From assembly GCF_000143415.4 (NCBI RefSeq), contig NW_003314426.1, positions 149,959 to 213,958 of the forward strand: DNA of 64,000 bases, written 5' to 3'. The notes under the pieces are model-generated. The model had not been told where the DNA came from. It saw only the letters and a program-made list of their open reading frames with translations, and searched no databases. Origin of the DNA: Selaginella moellendorffii. Taxonomy: Eukaryota > Plantae > Lycopodiophyta. The number at the start of each line of letters is the position of its first letter. The stretch's first letter is position 1. The position numbers and the translations under genes were made by a program. This document shows, piece by piece, positions 58,606 to 64,000 of this stretch.

Positions 58606-61398
58606 TGTGAGTGCTTGGAATATGGAAAGGGAATACAGAAATGTGCATATCAATTAGCCCAAAAACCCTAGCTTATATACAAGAGCAAATGGTCCAGATT
58701 AAAACCAATCCGACGGCTACCAAAATCCCACTACGCTAATATTAGTATATGGCATCGTAACCATACACTTGGCCCTCACATCATCCCATCCTCTCGGGAT
58801 AATAAAAGACCATCAGGGTTCTCTTGAAGATGGGCCGGGATCTGGAGGAACGTCAGGAGGAGGCATCGGTGGATCTGTAGGTGGTATTAACTCCTCCTGA
58901 TCCCTTTATACGAAGCGTTTCAGCCGCTGCACATGCACAATCTCTGGAGGATCGGCCTGCTGAACATCATGCCGAACCTCATAAACTTGTGGTCCAACTT
59001 GCCGCAACACTCGATACGGTCCTTTCCATTGCACAAGAAGCCTCTTAGATAAACCATGTACCATAAGATGGGGAAAACGGACTAACACCAAATCATCCAC
59101 TTTGTACTCCGCAGGTGGACGATGATGGGAGTTGTAGCACCATTGTTGTCCCACTTGTACGCGGCCTAAGTGTTCGGCAAACTCTGCTTGAACAAGTGGA
59201 AGAATGCTCGTCAAATACTGATCCCATGATCTAGCATCGGCAGCTCGTGGCAATCGCGAAGGTAAACCCAGCTCCGTTGGTAATATTGGATCATGACCAT
59301 ATAGAAGTTTATATGGTGAAGCACCAACATAACTCTGCACCCCTGTAACATATGCATACCGAAGAGACGGCAAATAACCATCCCAATCCGAATGCTGAAA
59401 GTTCACATACTTCGCAATCATCCCTTTGAATGTCCGAACAAGCCGTTCCACCAAACCGTTTGATTGTGGATGATAAGCACTCGTAAGAGTGTGGCGTATC
59501 CCCAACCGAGATGTCAAAACATGAAATATCTCAGCCATAAATGCGGGACCATTATCTGAAAGAATCTACTCTGGACAAGAATGCTGGAACACCACTCGAT
59601 TGAGAAGGAAGTATCCAATAGCAGTTGTAGAGGCGCTAGCAAGAGCACCAACTTCCACCCAATGAGTCAAGTAGTCAGAAGCAATAATAACATACTCATT
59701 GCCAACAGTCGACCATGGAAAAGGTCCCATAAGATCAAACGCCACTAACTCAAACAGACGGGAAACCGCAATTGACTCCAACCATCCTTCTGTAGCACGA
59801 GGGGGAGTATTACGAGCTTGGCACCAAACGTAGTTACGCACATACCGGATAATATCATGTCGCATCTCCGGCCAATAGAAAGACCTGCGCAGCTTCTCGG
59901 TGACACGACGGTGTCCCATATGCCCACCAAGAACAGGAGAATCATGGTAGGCATGGAGAAACCGCAGAATAAACACCGAAGGCACCACCAGCCATAAATG
60001 ATCATCAGGATCCGTCCCCACAAAATAAAGAAGGCCATCTTCAAGGCAATATTGAGAATGTAAATGCTGGAAAGGCAAGTCATCAGCAAGTGATGCAGGA
60101 TTTTCAAACCTATCTCAAAGCCTTCGAATCCACGGCTTAATCTTTTGAGCCTCGCGAACCTCATCAAGATAAGGTAGATCTTGCTCTGCGCCCTATGGAC
60201 ACTGAACGTCAAGGACAGTAACCGCCGACGGCACAGAATCCTCATCTAGAAAATCCACAGATGCTGGAACAACAGGTTCGTCAGAAACATGAGAAGTGAG
60301 TGGAGAAGGAAGAGGAGCTCGAGAAAGGGCATCAGCATCAGCCATAGAACTCCCTGGGCGATGAACAACATCAAAATCATATATCTGAAGCTTCAAAGCC
60401 CATCAAACCGTATGACCAACCAGGTTCTTCCGCTTCAATAATGAAGTAACAGTAGCATGGTCACCTTCAAGTAACGTCCGAGAACCATGTAGATATGCAT
60501 GAAGTTTCTCGAAACCCCAGACTGCTGCTAAACACTCCTTCTCCGTCGTGGAGTAGTTCATCTCCGCTGGTTGTAATGTACAGCTTATGTATGCAATGGG
60601 ATGGTGCTGACCAGGCACACTTGAGCTCTCTTGCATCAACACACCTCCAAGACCAATGTCAGAAGCATCCATGTGCAAAATAAAAGGTCAAGTGTAGTCA
60701 GGATACGCCAAAACCGGAGGAGTCGTCAATAGCTCTTTGAGATCCACGAACGCCCGCTCACAATCCGAAGACCAGATGAAAGATGACATGGATGACTTCA
60801 GCAACGCTCGCAATGGTGTAGTGCGATCGGAAAGATGATCCACAAAACGACCAAGATACTGCACCTTACCCAAAAAGCGTTGCACATCATTCACACACTT
60901 CGGAGTAGGGAACTTTAGAACAGCCACAATTTTGTCAGGATCAACTTGCAAACCCTCACGAGAAATACGGTACCCAAGATAAGTTGTGTCCTTGGACCCA
61001 AACACGTACTTTGACCGCTTCAGCTTTAAACCAACGTCGTGTAGCCGATCCAACACTTTACAAACATCACGAACGTGCTCCTCCCACGTCCCCTCCGAGT
61101 GGATCAAGACATCATCAATGAAGTCAACAGTCACCTCCGGCATATCGCAAAGAACCTCGTCCATCATCCATAGGAAAGTTGCTAGAGCATTGTTCAAACC
61201 AAACGGCATCACCAAGAACTCATACAAACTAAATGGTGTACGAAAAGCAATCTTAAGAATATCTTCTTCAGCCATTGGTACTTGCCAATACCCAGAAGGA
61301 AGATCTAGCTTGGTGAACCAACGACTTCACCCCAGACGATCCAAAAGATCAGCAGTATGAGGAAGAGGATACACATTTGGGATCGTCACTTCGTTTAA
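58606..61398 (-). mobile_element. 3' part of the gypsy element (LTR 58606-58780, IN, RH, part of RT), interrupted at 61398/61399
   Basis: Duplicate of 22341-25132. Confidence 0.92.
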
Positions 61399-64000
61399 AG
61401 CTCTATTTCGTTAAAGTGGGAATTGTCATTATCCCACTTGTAAAATAAGGTTTCCAAACCTTTATATAGTATATAAATATAACAAAATTCAATTGCATTG
61501 AGGCACATGCCATTTTATTTTAAACAAGGAAATGTCTACTCAATCACTTCTCCTCCCCCTGCCACTGCTTCACCTCTCTCTTCTCCTTGTCATCGTCGTC
61601 CAATTTCTTTCCATCCTTTTAATATTGGCTCAGTTGCTCCGAGTCTAGGTGGAGCCCAAGTCCCCATTCAATCTTTACTTTCCCCTTATTAATAAAACAA
61701 CTTCGCAGACTTCCAATAACATGCTGTAACACTTCTAGTATAATGCAAATCCTCTCAAAGAATTGTCTTTTAATATTAATACAATGGCATGGAACCCCAT
61801 GCCATAATAAGTTACATTTTTAAATAAATACATGCCATCTCAGACTGTTATTTTTTGCCTCCAACGCCTATACAATAATCTTGGAATTTCATCACTCTCC
61901 ACACTATCAGGATTTAAACCCAATAGTAATGCCATCTCTTCTCTAATACGTCCACGCTCATGTTCAGTGGTCGAAGAACCCATCCGGTTGAGCAGATTAT
62001 GGAGATGCGGATAGTGCTTGGCTAGACAATATACATGCCATAAATGATGACTGGTGTCTGTCTGATCAAATGGCTTCTGATATACCGTTCCATCTGCCAT
62101 TTGGTTGATTTCTGCAGCCACCTCCTGGACTGGCCGGTTCTCTATCACCATCGCTTCAAGCCGTTTTGCAAGGTCCCCCAGAACATACGGTTTCTTCTCC
62201 CTAGTTTCCATACTGCAAGAGATGGGGTGCACTGCATATGTGTGCGTGTTCGCTGCAGTTTTAATCGGCGAGTCATCGATGATGAGGATTTCACTTGACC
62301 TAGCAGTCTGGTTCATCACTACAGCCTCTGCCTTGACGAAGATGGGCTTGCTACCCCTCACATGGACCATAGTCAAGCAATCCTCCTGCGTTAGGAGAAA
62401 GTCAAATGGTAATATTACTCGCGTCTGATCGTGCATCATCTGTAGCAACGTTAATGCATTGTGGCGCATCATGGATGTCCAAACTCCCAATTGCAAATTG
62501 AACCCGGCCCTCTGTTTTAAGTGTCGCATGGTCATTATTAGATCCCGCAGTTTCTCCCGTGTGATTAATGTGAATCTGTCTCTTTTGACCAACTTGCGAC
62601 CGCAGGCTTTGGAGGGTGCAGTGACATTCGAGGACGAGCCACGCTCATGGGAGAAAAGGACACCGTTCAGATCAAAAACGATACAGTACTTTCGCCGTGA
62701 CTTTGAAATGAAATGCGTCAGCATAAAAAATGGTACAAGTCAATTTTACCATCTACAATATTAGCGAATGGTGCTCCCGATGGTCGTTTAGAGGGTTTTG
62801 GTCGAGGAAACGTGAAGGGCGGAAATACTCTCCTCTGCAATGTGGGGTCAATTGCATCCGATGGCGTGTGGGCACATGCCATTTCAGCTGTAGACTCTGG
62901 TACAACTGGCTCAACAGTGGCATGGGGTGGTTCCGATGGCGTGTGATCACACACCATTTCAGCTGGTGCCTCCGTTGGCAAAGTGGACATGACCGAACAG
63001 GCAGCAGGGGCGGTGTAGGGAGGTTCCAACGGCGCGTAGTCAGACGATTGGGCACACGTTGGAAATGAGGATACGACCGGCTCGGCGGCTGGGGCGGCCT
63101 CATGCGAGTCCAATGGCGCCTGGTCACCGTCAGTTGGATACGTGGACAAGATTGACTCAGTGGTATGGGCAGCATCAAGTGGAGCGTGGTCAGCTTGCTT
63201 GGCGTTGATATGGATAGTAGCCTCCACCAGCTCTGATGACTCTTGTAGGCAAGTAGAGTCCACTGGCGGATCCATATGCATGTCCAAATATCTCCCTTCG
63301 ATTGAGATGGTATCCTCCCGTGCTACTAAAAACAAACTCATTAGCACATTGAATCGACTATACTGTATTTACCATCAACTGCTATTGAGGAACTAAGACC
63401 GATATCACTTGGGCGCACTGCTGATTCTGAAGGATTGGACATACGTTTCGACCCTTGCTTGGCACTATCCTTCCTCGACACTAAAGGCTAGAGTTTGTAT
63501 CTTAATTCAACTGAATAATCTCTACTTACCATTTCTTCTGCGACCTACATGGACAATGTTAGAAATGGTAAAAGGTTAGGAATGGATGTACTATTATTTA
63601 CCTGATGGTTTGTCTTGTATGACCTTCCTCCGCTACTCTTTGGCCACCTCAGGCTGGCCATCGTCGTCATCATCGTCATCGTCGTTATTGTGATCGTCAC
63701 CATTGTGAGGACCATCCAAGTCCTCTTCGTCCTCCTCTTCTTCATCCTCCTCTTCTTCATCCTCCTCTTCTTCATCCTCCTCTTCTTTGTCCTCCTCTTC
63801 GTCCTTCTGCTCTTCCTGCTCATTATCTTTCTCTGGCTCCTCATCCCCCTCTTGCATTTCTTCCATAGGCTGCTCAGGCTGGATTGCTTGTTTTTCCAGG
63901 ACCATCTTGGAAAAATCATCTGGCCGAGTCTCCATCTCAAAATACAAGACATCCATAGCCTGTTTTAGTGCGTGACCTAGGACCGTATCCTCACCCGACT
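61399..64000 (-). mobile_element. Unclassified ParB-like/FCP1 element, copy 2 (continues beyond the window)
   Basis: Reverse complement of about 7153-9738; inserted at CGTTTAA^CGGATG of the gypsy RT (empty site at 25132/25133); palindromes at 61784, 62861 and 62936. Confidence 0.9.
61840..62724 (-). CDS. FCP1/NIF-family HAD phosphatase-like protein, intact 294 aa
   Basis: FDLNGVL, GVWTSMM, LTQEDC, IIDDSPIK motifs. Confidence 0.85.
   Translation of the reverse strand: MLTHFISKSRRKYCIVFDLNGVLFSHERGSSSNVTAPSKACGRKLVKRDRFTLITREKLRDLIMTMRHLKQRAGFNLQLGVWTSMMRHNALTLLQMMHDQTRVILPFDFLLTQEDCLTMVHVRGSKPIFVKAEAVVMNQTARSSEILIIDDSPIKTAANTHTYAVHPISCSMETREKKPYVLGDLAKRLEAMVIENRPVQEVAAEINQMADGTVYQKPFDQTDTSHHLWHVYCLAKHYPHLHNLLNRMGSSTTEHERGRIREEMALLLGLNPDSVESDEIPRLLYRRWRQKITV

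Larger units (their letters stand above)
50138..61398 (+). repeat. Segmental duplication block, copy B
   Basis: Collinear with 15325-25132. Confidence 0.95.

Noticed and set aside
61395-61398. piggyBac-type TTAA target for the novel element
   Set aside because: The copy 1 flank is not TTAA and no piggyBac-like terminus is visible.

Overview
Eukaryotic, transposon-dominated plant DNA. Introns of about 50 nt, Ty3/gypsy elements, Cassandra-type LTRs and PPR/2OG-dioxygenase fragments suggest a lycophyte such as Selaginella, but this is inference. Most of the window is nested LTR retrotransposons, and an approximately 10-11 kb block occurs twice (15325-25132 and 50138-61398). The most unusual feature is an unclassified mobile element present in two near-identical, independently inserted copies (2367-9738 on +, left end interrupted by an LTR; 61399 to beyond 64000 on -). 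It carries a long multi-exon gene with a ParB/sulfiredoxin-like domain and a degenerate DNA amino-methyltransferase-like region, followed by an FCP1/NIF-type HAD phosphatase. It is studded with about 15 copies of a fixed-spacing palindrome, ATGGCRTG-N6-CAYGCCAT, many inside introns, which gives a parB/parS-like arrangement, and it ends in a subterminal hairpin. A second, divergent ParB-like gene lies head-to-head with a decayed SWIM-finger transposase-like gene (38.7-45.1 kb). Also notable: a gypsy pol gene with GT-AG introns in its integrase, a TRIM-plus-gypsy chimera inserted under one TSD into an FCP1-like gene, 5S-rRNA-containing LTRs, and an inverted-repeat-flanked cluster of host gene fragments. 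All protein family calls come from motif recognition by eye, not from database searches.
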